64,000 bases of DNA from Nitrososphaerota archaeon (GCA_041641295.1 JBEPYO010000001.1:128001-192000), one strand, 5' to 3'; positions 36,129-47,436 are shown, counted from the first letter of the stretch. Numbers and translations are program-made. Notes: a model not told the origin generated them from the letters alone.

Positions 36129-38318
36129 TTATCCAAACATTGGGAGTGCCTTCTCTGTGCCGCGCAGGTGCTCCGCGACCTTCTCATACTCTTTGAGCAT
36201 GTTTGGAGTTATACTCGGCTTCACCGTCTTCAGAGCCTCTTGGAAGTCGCTCCACGACACTTGCTGGACATCCTTATCCCTCCTCAATGCGGACATGGCA
36301 GCCTCTCTGCAGAGAGACTCTAAATCAGCCCCCGAGTATCCCTCAGTCATAGCCGCGAGCTTCTTGAGGTCGACATCCGCCGCCAGGGGCATGGACCGAG
36401 TATATATCCTCAGTATCTCGTACCTTCCCTTATCATCGGGCGGTGGAACATAGATCAGCCTGTCAAACCTTCCAGGACGCAGGATTGAGGGGTCCATTAG
36501 GTCTGGCCTGTTCGTGGCCCCAATCACCACAACTTCGCGCAGCTCCTCTATACCGTCCATCTCCGCCAGCAGCTGGCTGGCTACTCTGTGAGTCACGCCC
36601 GAGCTGTCATCCAAGATATCCTTCCTCGGCGCGATGGTCTCTATCTCGTCCAGGAACACTATGCAGGGTGCGGCTTGCCTAGCCTTCCTGAAGACCTCCC
36701 TAATCGCCTTCTCTGACTCACCCACCCACTTTGAATAAATCTCTGGTCCCTTAATGGTTACGAAGTTCGCCTCAGCCTCGGTAGCTATGGCCTTCGCTAG
36801 GAGTGTCTTGCCACATCCGGGTGGGCCGTAGAGAAGTATCCCCTTGGGAGGCCTGATGCCGAGCCTCTCGAATCTGTCAGGATACTTTAGCGGCCATTCA
36901 ATGGCCTCGACCAGCCTCTGCTTCACCTCCGAGAGTCCACCCACATCCTCCCAGCGGACTGTAGGCGTCTCAATCTCAACCTCCCTCAAGGCTGTCGGAG
37001 TAATCTCCCTGTAAGCCTCGTGGAAATCTTTCATGGTCACTTCCAGCGAGTTAAGTATCTCCGGCGATATCCTCTCCTCATTGAAGTCGATGCTCGGGAG
37101 TATTCTCCTGATACACTTCATCGCTGCCTCCCTGCATAGGGCGGCGATGTCCGCGCCAGTATATCCCTTAGTCATCTCGGCGAGCTTGTCAAGGTCAACA
37201 TCAGAGGCAAGAGGCATACCCCTCGTGTGGATCTGGAGTATCTCTCTCCTACCCCGTTTATCAGGTATACCAATCTCGATCTCCCTATCAAAGCGTCCAG
37301 GCCTCCTCAGAGCCGGGTCCAGCGCGTTAGGACGGTTAGTCGCGCCGATAACTATCACCTGCCCCCTGCTTTCAAGACCATCCATCAGTGCTAGGAGCTG
37401 GGCAACAACCCTCTTCTCCACTTCTCCTGTAACCTCACTCCTCTTAGGCGCGATCGCGTCTATCTCGTCAATGAATATTATGCTGGGGGCCTCCTCCTCA
37501 GCCCTCCTGAAAATCTCCCTCAACTTAGCCTCAGTCTCACCATAGTACTTGTTCATGATCTCAGGGCCGTTAATCAGGATGAAGTTAGCCTCAGCCTCGG
37601 TGGCCACCGCCTTGGCTAGGAGTGTCTTACCGCAGCCAGGCGGACCATAGAGCAGCACTCCCTTAGGTGGCTCAATACCGAGGCGCTGGAAGAGCTCGGG
37701 GAACCTGAGTGGGAGCTCAATCATCTCTCTAATCCTCTGTATCTCCTCATCAAGCCCTCCGATGTCCTCATATGTCACATGAGTGCTGAGGGACTTCTCC
37801 TGCACAGCCCTGCTCTGAATCACGATTCTAGTGTTGGGGGTAATCTTAACAACCCCGGTAGGCCTTGTCTGGATTACTGCGAAGTTGAAGAGGTTTCCAA
37901 AGAAGAGTACGGGTACAATGTTCTTCTGTACGACTGGATACTCTATCAGGCGGCTCTTGACAAGCTTCGTGAAGTTTTCATCAGGCTTAATGGTGCTGTT
38001 AACAGGTGCTAGTGTGACAAGCTTCGCCTCCCTAACCTGTGCCTTCCTAACCAGAACATAGTCATTAAGCGATACGCCAGCATTATTTCTTATGTAGCCG
38101 TCAATCCTGATAATGTCCTTCTCCTCCTCAAGATAGCCCAGCCAGAGCGTGGCAACCGCCAGCTTTTTTCCGCGAATCTCAATCACGTCTCCTGTAGCAA
38201 GGCCGGCGGAAGCCCCAACCTCTCTGTCAATCCTAGCTATCCCGTATCCGACATCCCTTTGTCTCGCTTCTGCCACCCTAAGCCTCAACTCATGGACTGG
38301 TTGGATCGAACTACTCAT
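36129..38318 (-). CDS. cdc48: Cdc48/VAT AAA+ ATPase
   Basis: N domain plus two AAA modules (GPPGCGKT twice, DEID/DEIE, RPGRFDR twice). Confidence 0.97.
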   Translation of the reverse strand: MSSSIQPVHELRLRVAEARQRDVGYGIARIDREVGASAGLATGDVIEIRGKKLAVATLWLGYLEEEKDIIRIDGYIRNNAGVSLNDYVLVRKAQVREAKLVTLAPVNSTIKPDENFTKLVKSRLIEYPVVQKNIVPVLFFGNLFNFAVIQTRPTGVVKITPNTRIVIQSRAVQEKSLSTHVTYEDIGGLDEEIQRIREMIELPLRFPELFQRLGIEPPKGVLLYGPPGCGKTLLAKAVATEAEANFILINGPEIMNKYYGETEAKLREIFRRAEEEAPSIIFIDEIDAIAPKRSEVTGEVEKRVVAQLLALMDGLESRGQVIVIGATNRPNALDPALRRPGRFDREIEIGIPDKRGRREILQIHTRGMPLASDVDLDKLAEMTKGYTGADIAALCREAAMKCIRRILPSIDFNEERISPEILNSLEVTMKDFHEAYREITPTALREVEIETPTVRWEDVGGLSEVKQRLVEAIEWPLKYPDRFERLGIRPPKGILLYGPPGCGKTLLAKAIATEAEANFVTIKGPEIYSKWVGESEKAIREVFRKARQAAPCIVFLDEIETIAPRKDILDDSSGVTHRVASQLLAEMDGIEELREVVVIGATNRPDLMDPSILRPGRFDRLIYVPPPDDKGRYEILRIYTRSMPLAADVDLKKLAAMTEGYSGADLESLCREAAMSALRRDKDVQQVSWSDFQEALKTVKPSITPNMLKEYEKVAEHLRGTEKALPMFG

Positions 38319-38400
38319 TGACTCAACCCCAAAATGTAGAGGGGTTTATTTAAGTTGTCCTTCAAAACAAGCTATAGATTATCAGGTATAGGCCGCTCAT

Positions 38401-39666
38401 TTAAAAGACCAGCATCTCCGGCTCAATCCTCCTCTCCTTAATTCCTAGGAGCGTCGAAGGCACCTTTACGCCTCCGTAGAGCTCCACTTCGCCCCGGTCT
38501 AGAGCCAGTGCGGCTGCAATCCTTCCCAGAGAGTCCGCCTTCATGACCCCGCTGCCACTACCCCCAGTCGCCACAACTAGGTTCATCACACGGAAAGCCA
38601 CAGGGTTCTCGTCGATCGTGTTAATAGAGTAGCAGCCAGCCCACTTCGACTGCGGCCTTACACCCTCAATTACTGGGAAAATCTTCCTCAAGAGCGGGTA
38701 TACATTGTCGTAGAAGAAGAGGTCCTCGGCCTCGAAGTCTAGACCCCACCTCCGCCCAATATCGTCACTCAGCCCCATCCAGAGGCTCCTATCCCTCACA
38801 CGCGGGGCTACAAATGGCCCCCTGGGAATAAAGGTCATGGGGAGTGTGTTGAAATCATTGAACCCATCCACGTTAAAGAAGGATTCAAGGCTTCCGCGGG
38901 CAGGAGAGGCGAAGATCTGCCTCTTTTTAGGCTTGATGTAAGAGTCAATCCCCAGCGGGTCTAACAGCTCTTGGCTCCAAGCCCCGGCTGCGAGAATGAA
39001 CCTCTCAGCCTCAAAAGTGCCCTTCGATGTCTCGACCGACTCTACCTGCTTCTCCTGCCAGGCAAAAGGCTCCCTCGGGTGTCCAATCCTGTTCACCGGC
39101 GCCAGCCTAAGCCTCTCAACCCTCGTGTTAAAGAGGAACTCTACACCAGCCTCCACGAGCTTTTCATAATAGAACTGAGCCAGCTTCTCCACATCCAAGT
39201 ATCCGCTTTGGGGAGAGAATATGGCGCCCTTGATAGGCTTCAGCTCTAGGAGCTTAGACTCCTCGTCATCCAAGTCGAGCTCGATAAAGCCTATTCTCTT
39301 CTTGAGATCTTCCTTGGAGAGAAGCATGGCGGAGCCGGCCTGGAGCAGCTCTTGGACGTGCTGAACATATTGATCATACTTGGCTACGTCTAGCAGGATT
39401 AGATAGCCCAGCTGGTGAATCCCCAAGTCATAGCCGCCTTTCTGGACATCCAAGTAGAACTTGACGGTGGTCTCTGAGATAAGCCTGTTAAGCCGAGATG
39501 TGAACAGCCCCATACGGAACCCACCCACGCTCCTCGCTGTATTCCCCTGAGCAGGGCCAGAATTGGCGTCAATGATTAACACCCTGCCACCCTTGTTCTC
39601 GACGAAATGATAGGCAGAGGTCAAACCAACTATCCCCGCGCCAACAACCACTAGGTCATACACCAA
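38401..39666 (-). CDS. FAD-dependent oxidoreductase (DAO/sarcosine oxidase beta/proline dehydrogenase-like)
   Basis: VVGAGIVG, GNTARS.G, LAAGAWS, WAG.Y, GSGVMKA. Confidence 0.85.
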   Translation of the reverse strand: MVYDLVVVGAGIVGLTSAYHFVENKGGRVLIIDANSGPAQGNTARSVGGFRMGLFTSRLNRLISETTVKFYLDVQKGGYDLGIHQLGYLILLDVAKYDQYVQHVQELLQAGSAMLLSKEDLKKRIGFIELDLDDEESKLLELKPIKGAIFSPQSGYLDVEKLAQFYYEKLVEAGVEFLFNTRVERLRLAPVNRIGHPREPFAWQEKQVESVETSKGTFEAERFILAAGAWSQELLDPLGIDSYIKPKKRQIFASPARGSLESFFNVDGFNDFNTLPMTFIPRGPFVAPRVRDRSLWMGLSDDIGRRWGLDFEAEDLFFYDNVYPLLRKIFPVIEGVRPQSKWAGCYSINTIDENPVAFRVMNLVVATGGSGSGVMKADSLGRIAAALALDRGEVELYGGVKVPSTLLGIKERRIEPEMLVF

Positions 39667-39809
39667 TCACAAACACCAACCGTTCTCAAAAATAATGACA
39701 TGCACTAAAATATGTTTTTAAACCTTCATCCAAACCTCTTATCCGCTTCTACCCCACCGATGATTTACTCAATGGTAATCCACTCTACTAAAAGTCCTAA
39801 GACGCGTAA

Positions 39810-39835
39810 TTGCAAAATCTATAATTCTTTTGTAA
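39810..39835. promoter_or_regulatory. Imperfect inverted repeat upstream of ABC operon
   Basis: TTGCAAAA-N10-TTTTGTAA (7/8 match), upstream of TATA-like ATATATA near 39855-39862. Confidence 0.45.
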
Positions 39836-39886
39836 ATCACTTTGACTGAAAAGAGATATATAGAGCAAGAACGTTGTCTAGACCAC

Positions 39887-41566
39887 ATGACAACGGGCAC
39901 AACAAGTATGAGAGGTGGGAGGAAACTTGTTATTGCTGCCATCGTTGTTGTGATAGCAGTTGTCGCTGCTGTGGGGTTCATTCTCACGAGTACTACTCTG
40001 CCGGGTCAGACGGCGCCGCCTAGAGAGAGGCTGTTGAGGGTCTCGTTTGCCAATGTTCCATACATGGATCCGGCCGTAGGCTCGGATGAGGCGAGCTCGG
40101 TCTACTTCCTAAACGTATATGACACCTTGGTTTATCCAAACAAAGATGGGACCGTCAAGCCACATGTTGCGGAGAAGTGGGAGGTATCCGGAGATGGGAT
40201 GGTCTGGACGTTCCACCTAAGGAAGGGAGTTAAGTTCCACAGTGGGCGAGAACTCAAGGCACAAGATGTAGTCTTCTCACTGAAACGTATGATAACGATA
40301 GGGGAAGGCTATGGTTACTTGTTTAAACCCTATGTAGACCTTGAAAAAACAGTGGCGCTGGACGACTACACTGTTCGGATAGCCCTAACAAAGCCATTCG
40401 GCCCATTCCTTATCACTCTAGTCCGGCTATACATTGTCGATAGTGAGCTAGTTAAACAACACATAGCAGATGGCCCATACGGCGAGATGGGAGATTACGG
40501 GAAGAACTGGCTGATGGCAGGCGAGCAAGATGCCGGGTCAGGCCCCTACAAGCTAGCCGAGCATAAGAGAGGCGAGTCGGTCACACTCGTAAAGTTTGAC
40601 GGGTACTGGGGAGAAACCGCACAAAATTCCCCGACCAAAGTCATAATGTATGGCTTTACAGAGCCCACCACAATACGGACAATGATGGAGAAGAGGCAGC
40701 TGGAGGTGACTGACCAGTGGCAGCCATTGGAAAACTACGACGCAATGGCAAAGATACCTGGGGTTAAGATCGCGAAAGTGCCTTCAGCGATGGTCTTCTA
40801 CATTATGCTCCATACAAAGAAACCACCAACTGATGACGTGCATGTCAGGAGGGCAATTACACTAGCATTTGACTATGAGACGGCCATAAATGACATAATG
40901 CCTTTCGAGAAGCGTCCTTCAGGCCCTGTACCAAGCATGCTTCCAGGTGCGGATCCGGCTAGAAAACCAGTGGAGAGGAATATAGAGGCTGCGAAGGAGG
41001 AGCTTAAGAAATCGAAGTATTGGGGGCAGCTTGACCAGTACCCAATCGAGTTCTGGTGGATTGCTGAAGTCCCGTGGGAGGAGAGGGTGGCGTTGCTCTT
41101 CAAGCTTAACATGGAGGAGATAGGGCTTAAAGTCAACGTAGTGAAGGTACCCTGGCTCTCAGTAGTAGAGGGTATGACAAAGATGGAGACAACGCCGAAC
41201 GCAGTATCGATATTTGTGATCGCACATTATGCTGAGGCAGGATCCATACTCATGTCGCGATACCACTCGGCAGCTACTGGAACATGGGAGCAGGGTGAAT
41301 GGTTAATGAACCCAGAAATTGATAAAATGATAGAGGAGGCCCTAGCTACCATAGACTTTAATCAGAGGATGCAGAAGTACTATGAGATACAGAGAAAGCT
41401 TGATGAGCTGGCTCCCTCAGTGTTCGTTTACGAGCACGTAGTCCTCAGAGCCTATCAGGCAGACTATATTGACTACCCGGCTGCTAGGGGCGAGGTTCTA
41501 CCAATAGCGGAATACGAGCTGGACTTCAGATGGTTCCAAGTCTTCCCCGAAAAAATCCCTAAGTGA
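39887..41566 (+). CDS. Peptide/nickel ABC transporter substrate-binding protein (family 5)
   Basis: N-terminal TM; YDTLV, AEKWEVS.DG..WTFHLRKGVKFHSG, GSGPYKL, VRRAI. Confidence 0.92.
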   Translation: MTTGTTSMRGGRKLVIAAIVVVIAVVAAVGFILTSTTLPGQTAPPRERLLRVSFANVPYMDPAVGSDEASSVYFLNVYDTLVYPNKDGTVKPHVAEKWEVSGDGMVWTFHLRKGVKFHSGRELKAQDVVFSLKRMITIGEGYGYLFKPYVDLEKTVALDDYTVRIALTKPFGPFLITLVRLYIVDSELVKQHIADGPYGEMGDYGKNWLMAGEQDAGSGPYKLAEHKRGESVTLVKFDGYWGETAQNSPTKVIMYGFTEPTTIRTMMEKRQLEVTDQWQPLENYDAMAKIPGVKIAKVPSAMVFYIMLHTKKPPTDDVHVRRAITLAFDYETAINDIMPFEKRPSGPVPSMLPGADPARKPVERNIEAAKEELKKSKYWGQLDQYPIEFWWIAEVPWEERVALLFKLNMEEIGLKVNVVKVPWLSVVEGMTKMETTPNAVSIFVIAHYAEAGSILMSRYHSAATGTWEQGEWLMNPEIDKMIEEALATIDFNQRMQKYYEIQRKLDELAPSVFVYEHVVLRAYQADYIDYPAARGEVLPIAEYELDFRWFQVFPEKIPK

Positions 41567-41619
41567 TGCGACACTTCATGCAGACGTTTACCTCAGATAT
41601 TTTTGTGGGTGGTCATTAA

Positions 41620-42363
41620 ATGGCTAGAGTATTGTTTATCAACCCTGTCGGGACCTCAATCTTCGATAAACCTATGAAAGAATACTTAGAAGAATACATA
41701 GAACCGTCAACAAAGTTAGACGTAGTCTCCTTCAAATCGGGTCCACACCATCTCGAATACTATGCCTACGACGCATTAATGGTGCCTCACATATTGAGTG
41801 AAGTTAAAAAAGCTGAAAGAGAGGGGTACGATGCCTGCATAATAGGCTGCTTCTACGACCCTGGACTAAGAGAGGCACGTGAAATAAGCAATATCGTCGT
41901 AACTGCACCACTCGAATCGTCAACAACGACGGCGTTATCACTGGGAGACAAATTCTCAATTATAGTGGGTCGTAAGAAGTGGATTCCGCTGATGATGAGT
42001 AGAATTAAGGAATATGGTTTAGAGGATAGGCTCGTATCTTTTAAGGACATAGAGATGGGAGTCCACGACCTTCATAAGGATGAGAGTGAAACGGAGAGAA
42101 GACTCATGGAAGTTGTCAAGGAGAGCGTCGATGAAGGAGCTGAGGTAGTGATATTGGGGTGCACAGTCTTTTTCGGCTTCTACCGTGAGGTGCAAAAAAG
42201 GTTCGGAATACCTGTAATAGACCCAATCATTGCTTCCCTTAAGCACGCCGAACAATGTGTAAGGCTCAAAGAATTATGCGGCTGGGCGCATAGCAGAAAA
42301 TATACCTATGAGCCCCCGCCGGTTTCCGAGCTCCAGAAATGGGGCCTAACGGAGCTGTTATGA
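41620..42363 (+). CDS. Asp/Glu/hydantoin racemase family protein
   Basis: FINP, IIGCFYDPGL and VILGCT two-Cys motifs, PVIDP. Confidence 0.9.
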   Translation: MARVLFINPVGTSIFDKPMKEYLEEYIEPSTKLDVVSFKSGPHHLEYYAYDALMVPHILSEVKKAEREGYDACIIGCFYDPGLREAREISNIVVTAPLESSTTTALSLGDKFSIIVGRKKWIPLMMSRIKEYGLEDRLVSFKDIEMGVHDLHKDESETERRLMEVVKESVDEGAEVVILGCTVFFGFYREVQKRFGIPVIDPIIASLKHAEQCVRLKELCGWAHSRKYTYEPPPVSELQKWGLTELL

Positions 42364-42401
42364 CCCGCCTTTGCGGGAGAATCCATGGATAATGAGGGGC
42401 C

Positions 42402-43475
42402 ATGGCGAGCCAAGAGCCTAATCTGAATACACCTAGGTCCAGTATGGCTGCAAGAGTGTCTAACTTGTTCGACAACTACTACATAAGAAAGATAGCCTAT
42501 AGCATAGTTACTCTTCTAGGCATTTCTATACTCATCTTTGTCATAGCGCGCGTCTTGCCAGGTGATCCCGCTAGACTCGCATTAGGCCCCCGCGCGCCTG
42601 AAGATGTTGTAGAACAGTATAGGCAGATGCTCCATCTAAAGGAACCACTTTACGTCCAATATTTCGTATGGCTTACAGACGTATTCCACGGCAGACTGGG
42701 AATATCTTTAGTCACATTCAGGGATGTAACCACGGACATTATAGAATTCCTGCCAGCCACAGTCGAACTCATAATTTTTGCGCTCGTTATCGACGTATTC
42801 GGCGCGTTTGGCCTAGGAGTATTAAGTGGCAGGAGACCCAACTCGGCCATAGACAATTTTGTGAGAGTATTCGCTTATGCAGGAATAGCGATTCCTTCCT
42901 TTGTCTGGGCCATAATTCTACAGCTAATCTTGGCGAGCTGGCTTGGCTTACTACCTGCCTATGGCCGTCTGAGCCTAGGGTTCGAAGTAAAGAGGATAAC
43001 GGGGCTTGTTACACTGGATTCCCTCCTGCAGGGGAATATACCTGCATTCTTTGACGCCTTGAGCCACCTCATCATACCCTCCCTAGCACTCGCCATTGGA
43101 ACAATAGCCCAAGAGGCAAGAATCCTGAGGGCAAACCTAATAGAGAATGTGAATAAAGACTATATTCTGAACATGTACTCGCACGGGCTTCCAAGTTCTG
43201 TCGTCTTCTTTAAATACGCACTAAAACCCTCCATGATCCCAACCGTAACCATAATGACCCTAGACATGGCGTCGCTAATAGGAAACGCATTTCTAGTCGA
43301 GTTTATATTTAATTGGCCCGGCCTGTCAAGATATGGCATAACCGCTATGTTGAGAAAGGACCTAAACGCGATCGTTGGCGTAGTTCTTATAATTGGCCTT
43401 GCCTACACTCTAGCGTCTATCGTCATAGACTTGCTCATCTCGAACTTGGACCCACGCATTAAACACAAGAGGTGA
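42402..43475 (+). CDS. Peptide ABC transporter permease (DppB-like)
   Basis: LPGDPAR, PLYVQY, LPATVEL, FNWPGL. Confidence 0.92.
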   Translation: MASQEPNLNTPRSSMAARVSNLFDNYYIRKIAYSIVTLLGISILIFVIARVLPGDPARLALGPRAPEDVVEQYRQMLHLKEPLYVQYFVWLTDVFHGRLGISLVTFRDVTTDIIEFLPATVELIIFALVIDVFGAFGLGVLSGRRPNSAIDNFVRVFAYAGIAIPSFVWAIILQLILASWLGLLPAYGRLSLGFEVKRITGLVTLDSLLQGNIPAFFDALSHLIIPSLALAIGTIAQEARILRANLIENVNKDYILNMYSHGLPSSVVFFKYALKPSMIPTVTIMTLDMASLIGNAFLVEFIFNWPGLSRYGITAMLRKDLNAIVGVVLIIGLAYTLASIVIDLLISNLDPRIKHKR

Positions 43476-44380
43476 GACGAGTGGGTAGGACAGTCGAAGA
43501 ACAGAAGCGGTATCTCGGGCTTGAGCGAAGTGTTAAGAGAGAGAATCTGAGGCGAGTGTGGTTTAGATTTAAGAGGAGCAAACTTTCTCTCATTGGCCTG
43601 TCGCTTGTCGGTCTTCTAATTCTCTTTGTTGGCCTAGCAGAGTTTATCGCCCCCTATCCTGAGCACGCTGGACTATACATCAATTTTAAGGATGCCTACA
43701 AGCCGCCAAGCATGGAGCACCTGTTTGGCACTGACATGTATGGGCGGGATGTGTTAAGTCGCGTTATTTTCGGGTTTAGATACGCATTTCTCTTAATTGG
43801 TATAGTTTTGTCTCTAGTAGTGCCTACTGGTGTGGTCTTGGGCCTCATTGCCGGGTATTATAGAGGAACCATAATAGAGACAATAATAATAAGGCTATCG
43901 GACATATTCATCTCTATACCCTATCTGGTCTTAGCCCTAGCAATTGCCTCCATACTGGAGCCCAACATATACAACGCCATGCTGGCGGTGTCATTGATGT
44001 GGTGGCCCTGGTATGTTAAACTAACCCACTCTGTAACTACCTCTCTCAGGAATGAGCCATTCATCCTAGCCGCCGAGGCTCAAGGCGCCTCAACCCTACA
44101 TATTCTCTTCCGCGAATTACTGCCCAACCAGCTAGGCATAATACTTACCAAAGTTACGCTGGACGCTGGATGGGTTGTACTGATAGGGGCCGCTATTAGT
44201 TTCGTCGGCCTCGGGGCACAGCCGCCGACCCCAGACCTTGGAACAATGGTATCCGAGTACAGTAAGTACCTCCCGAGTTACTGGTGGATGAGCATGGGCC
44301 CTGCACTCGGCATTGTACTGATAATACTCTCATTTAATTTGCTCGGCGACGGTATTAGAGACGTCTTCGCGGGTGATTAA
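43472..44380 (+). CDS. Peptide ABC transporter permease (DppC-like)
   Basis: HLFGTDMYGRDVLSR, EAA-like loop AAEAQGAS, FNLLGDGIRD. Confidence 0.92.
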   Translation: MRRVGRTVEEQKRYLGLERSVKRENLRRVWFRFKRSKLSLIGLSLVGLLILFVGLAEFIAPYPEHAGLYINFKDAYKPPSMEHLFGTDMYGRDVLSRVIFGFRYAFLLIGIVLSLVVPTGVVLGLIAGYYRGTIIETIIIRLSDIFISIPYLVLALAIASILEPNIYNAMLAVSLMWWPWYVKLTHSVTTSLRNEPFILAAEAQGASTLHILFRELLPNQLGIILTKVTLDAGWVVLIGAAISFVGLGAQPPTPDLGTMVSEYSKYLPSYWWMSMGPALGIVLIILSFNLLGDGIRDVFAGD

Positions 44381-44382
44381 GC

Positions 44383-45351
44383 ATGCTGCTTGACATACAT
44401 GATCTTCATGTTCATTATAAGAGCTACTGGTATGTTCATAAAGTATTAAACGGGGTTTGGTTGAGAATGGCTGAGGGAGAGAGGGTAGGAATAATTGGCG
44501 AGACGGGCAGCGGGAAAACAACCCTCCTCAAATCCATATTGAGGATACTCCCTCAGAACGCAATTATTCCCCGTGGCGAGATAAAGTTCAAGGACATAGA
44601 TGTGTTGAAGGCCGGCGAGGCAGAGCTTTCGATTGTGAGACGGCGAGAAATAGGAATGATATTCCAGGACCCTATGGCTGCGTTGAATCCGGTGTTTAAG
44701 ATTAAGGACCAGTTATACGACATAATCAAGTATAAGCTGCTGGCCGAGGGGCATAACCCCACTAAAGAAGAGTTACACGACCATGCGGTAAGGGTGTTAA
44801 ATGATGTGAAGCTCCCCGACTACGAGAGGGTTTTGGAGTCCTTTCCCTTCCAGTTAAGCGGTGGGATGAGGCAGAGGGTGATGATTGCCATGGCTTTAAT
44901 TTCTGCAGGCAAACTTTTGCTCGCAGACGAGCCAACCACTAATATCGACGTTACTATCCAAGACCAGATATTGAAGCTGATCGACAGGTTGGTGAAGCAG
45001 AGAGGACTAAGTACGATACTAGTGTCGCACGCCTTAGGTATGGTGCGCCAAATGACTGATAGAGCCTATGTATTGTATGCTGGAGACATTATGGAAGAGG
45101 CTAGGACGGGCGAACTGTTCGACCACCCGGCTCACCCGTATACAAGTTTGCTTATTTCCAGCGCCCCGAAGATAAGTACCCGGGAAATAGGTGAAGGAAT
45201 TAGAGGGAAGCTGCCAGACTATAGATCCCCGCCTACTGGTTGTCGATTCGCTCCGAGATGCCCTTATGCAATGGACAAGTGCCATACAGTCAAGCCCAAG
45301 AGAACTGTCATCAATGCAGACCACGCCGTGGCGTGTCACCTCTATGAGTGA
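44383..45351 (+). CDS. Peptide ABC transporter ATPase (DppD-like)
   Basis: GETGSGKT, LSGGMRQR, ADEPTT, HPYT, GCRFAPRC. Confidence 0.93.
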   Translation: MLLDIHDLHVHYKSYWYVHKVLNGVWLRMAEGERVGIIGETGSGKTTLLKSILRILPQNAIIPRGEIKFKDIDVLKAGEAELSIVRRREIGMIFQDPMAALNPVFKIKDQLYDIIKYKLLAEGHNPTKEELHDHAVRVLNDVKLPDYERVLESFPFQLSGGMRQRVMIAMALISAGKLLLADEPTTNIDVTIQDQILKLIDRLVKQRGLSTILVSHALGMVRQMTDRAYVLYAGDIMEEARTGELFDHPAHPYTSLLISSAPKISTREIGEGIRGKLPDYRSPPTGCRFAPRCPYAMDKCHTVKPKRTVINADHAVACHLYE

Positions 45352-46325
45352 GGGGAGTTAATATGGAGAAGGACTCTATCCTAACAGTTTCTGATGTCAG
45401 AAAATACTTTAAGATAAAAGAGGGAATCGTAAAGGCTGTAGACGGTGTAAGCTTCTCGGTAAAATATGGTGAAACTCTAGCACTTGTAGGAGAGTCAGGT
45501 TCAGGGAAGACAACCACCGGGCATCTAATAATGGGCTTCTATCCACCAGATAGCGGAAAAATACTCTATAAGGGAAAACACGACCTCTCAATACCAATCA
45601 AGAGGCGTAGTCTTGAGTTAAAGAGGGAGATTCAGATAGTCTTCCAAGACCCAGGCACATCGCTTAATCCTAAGCACATTGTTAAGGATATCGTAGGGTT
45701 GCCATTACGCATCCACGGACTAGCTGATTCGTCGAGTGTTTATGGTAAAGTGGCGGAGTTGTTAGAGTTTGTGGGTTTGGGTGAAGATTTTATGTTCAAG
45801 TATCCTCATGAGCTCGGTGGAGGAGAGAAGCAGCTCGTCGCAATAGCTAGAGCCCTCGCCCCAAACCCGTCTTTTATAATCTTGGACGAGCCTACCTCCG
45901 CACTAGACGTTTCATCACAGGCGAAGGTCCTTAACACCTTAAGCAGAATACAGAAGGAACGGGACATTAGCTATCTCCTGATCACCCATGATCTGGGTGT
46001 TGTGCGAAATATATCGCACCGAGTGATGATAATGTATTTAGGGAAAATATACGAGGAGGCCCCTACGGACGAATTCTTCAGAGGACCACTACACCCATAC
46101 ACTCAGATGCTACTCTCCTCAATCCCAACACTGACTAGGCAGGACGAAGAAATTAAACCGAAGGGGGTTGAGGCTGTGGGTGAAATCCCGAGTGCACTAA
46201 GCCCGCCAAAGGGGTGTAGATTCCACACGAGATGCCCGTTTGCAAAGCCTATTTGTAGCGAGCGCGATCCACCAGATGTTGTAGCAGATAGCGGACACGT
46301 CGTCAGATGCTGGCTTTATGAATAG
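45348..46325 (+). CDS. Peptide ABC transporter ATPase (DppF-like)
   Basis: GESGSGKT, variant signature LGGGEKQ, LDEPTSALD, HPYT, GCRFHTRC; ATG 45363 is a likely start. Confidence 0.93.
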   Translation: MRGVNMEKDSILTVSDVRKYFKIKEGIVKAVDGVSFSVKYGETLALVGESGSGKTTTGHLIMGFYPPDSGKILYKGKHDLSIPIKRRSLELKREIQIVFQDPGTSLNPKHIVKDIVGLPLRIHGLADSSSVYGKVAELLEFVGLGEDFMFKYPHELGGGEKQLVAIARALAPNPSFIILDEPTSALDVSSQAKVLNTLSRIQKERDISYLLITHDLGVVRNISHRVMIMYLGKIYEEAPTDEFFRGPLHPYTQMLLSSIPTLTRQDEEIKPKGVEAVGEIPSALSPPKGCRFHTRCPFAKPICSERDPPDVVADSGHVVRCWLYE

Positions 46326-46332
46326 AGTTTGG

Positions 46333-47436
46333 CTATAGGTATTCGTCAATTGAGAGGGACTTTGGCAATTTAGTTAGGTTTGTGTGCCCGTCTTCAGTAA
46401 TTATAACGTTGTCTTCCAGCCTAACTCCAAACCTCCCCGGTAAATATATTCCGGGCTCTACTGTGAACGTCATCCCTTTTCTCAACTCTTGGCTGTTATC
46501 ACCTTTAATGTAGGGGGGTTCATGAACCTCTAATCCTAGTCCATGCCCAGTCCTGTGAATGAAGTATTCCCCATACCCGGCTTTAGATATGGTCTGTCTA
46601 GCCTCCCTGTCTAGGTCGCCAGCCTTCGAGCCCTCCCTAGCCATCGCTAGGGCGGCTGACTGGGCTTTATACACAATGTCAAAGATTTGTTGTTGCTGCT
46701 GCGAAGGCTTCCCGCAAGTGATAGTCCGAGTAATGTCCGAGTAATACCCCATATACCTGATGCCAATATCGAGAAGCACTATTTCTCCGTCACCAATTTT
46801 CCTATCAGTTGGCTCCTGATGAGGGAGAGCTGAATTACTTCCTGACTGGATCAGAGTGAATGCGACCTCGTCAGCACCTAACTCTAATGCCTTCGTCCTT
46901 ACGTAGGCGGCGAGCTGCTTCTCCGATAAGCCCTGCTTGACCTGACCGATACTTTCTACCATTAGTTTATTGTTGATCTCTGCAGCCCTTTCAAGACATC
47001 TAACCTCCTCACCATCTTTAACGACCCTTAAAGAGTACATTACATCATCAACGAGCGAAAGACTCGAAGCGAGGCCTCTAGAAATTATTGGGTAAACAAA
47101 TCTGTATGGGGTGCTTCCATCCAAGCCTAAGTTTTCAACATGGTATTTTGAAAAAAGTCCCCTCATTACATTTATCGGGTCTTCCACGTCACTATAAGCT
47201 AGAATCTCAGCGTTTTTTAACTTACAATTCTCCTCCGCCCGATCCTTCTCAAGCTTAGGAACTATTAGACACGCCGTCTCTTGTTCTCTGAATATCAATA
47301 GCGCGACTAAACGCTCTAGAGAAATTGCGCTATAGCCTGATAAATAATACATGTTAGGCTCGAAAGTCAGCATGACAGCGTCGAGGCTTAAGCGATCCAT
47401 ATTCTCCCTCAATCTCTTTAACCTATCTAAGTACAT
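46333..47436 (-). CDS. Xaa-Pro dipeptidase/aminopeptidase (M24B)
   Basis: Metal ligands DIG..YYSDITRT, HRTGHGLGLEVHE, VEPGIY, GVRLED. Confidence 0.92.
   Translation of the reverse strand: MYLDRLKRLRENMDRLSLDAVMLTFEPNMYYLSGYSAISLERLVALLIFREQETACLIVPKLEKDRAEENCKLKNAEILAYSDVEDPINVMRGLFSKYHVENLGLDGSTPYRFVYPIISRGLASSLSLVDDVMYSLRVVKDGEEVRCLERAAEINNKLMVESIGQVKQGLSEKQLAAYVRTKALELGADEVAFTLIQSGSNSALPHQEPTDRKIGDGEIVLLDIGIRYMGYYSDITRTITCGKPSQQQQQIFDIVYKAQSAALAMAREGSKAGDLDREARQTISKAGYGEYFIHRTGHGLGLEVHEPPYIKGDNSQELRKGMTFTVEPGIYLPGRFGVRLEDNVIITEDGHTNLTKLPKSLSIDEYL

Noticed and set aside
46333-47436. Creatinase in a creatinine/N-methylhydantoin pathway
   Set aside because: All five M24 metal ligands are present, as in prolidases; creatinases lack them. 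No creatinine deaminase or carbamoylsarcosine amidase is present.
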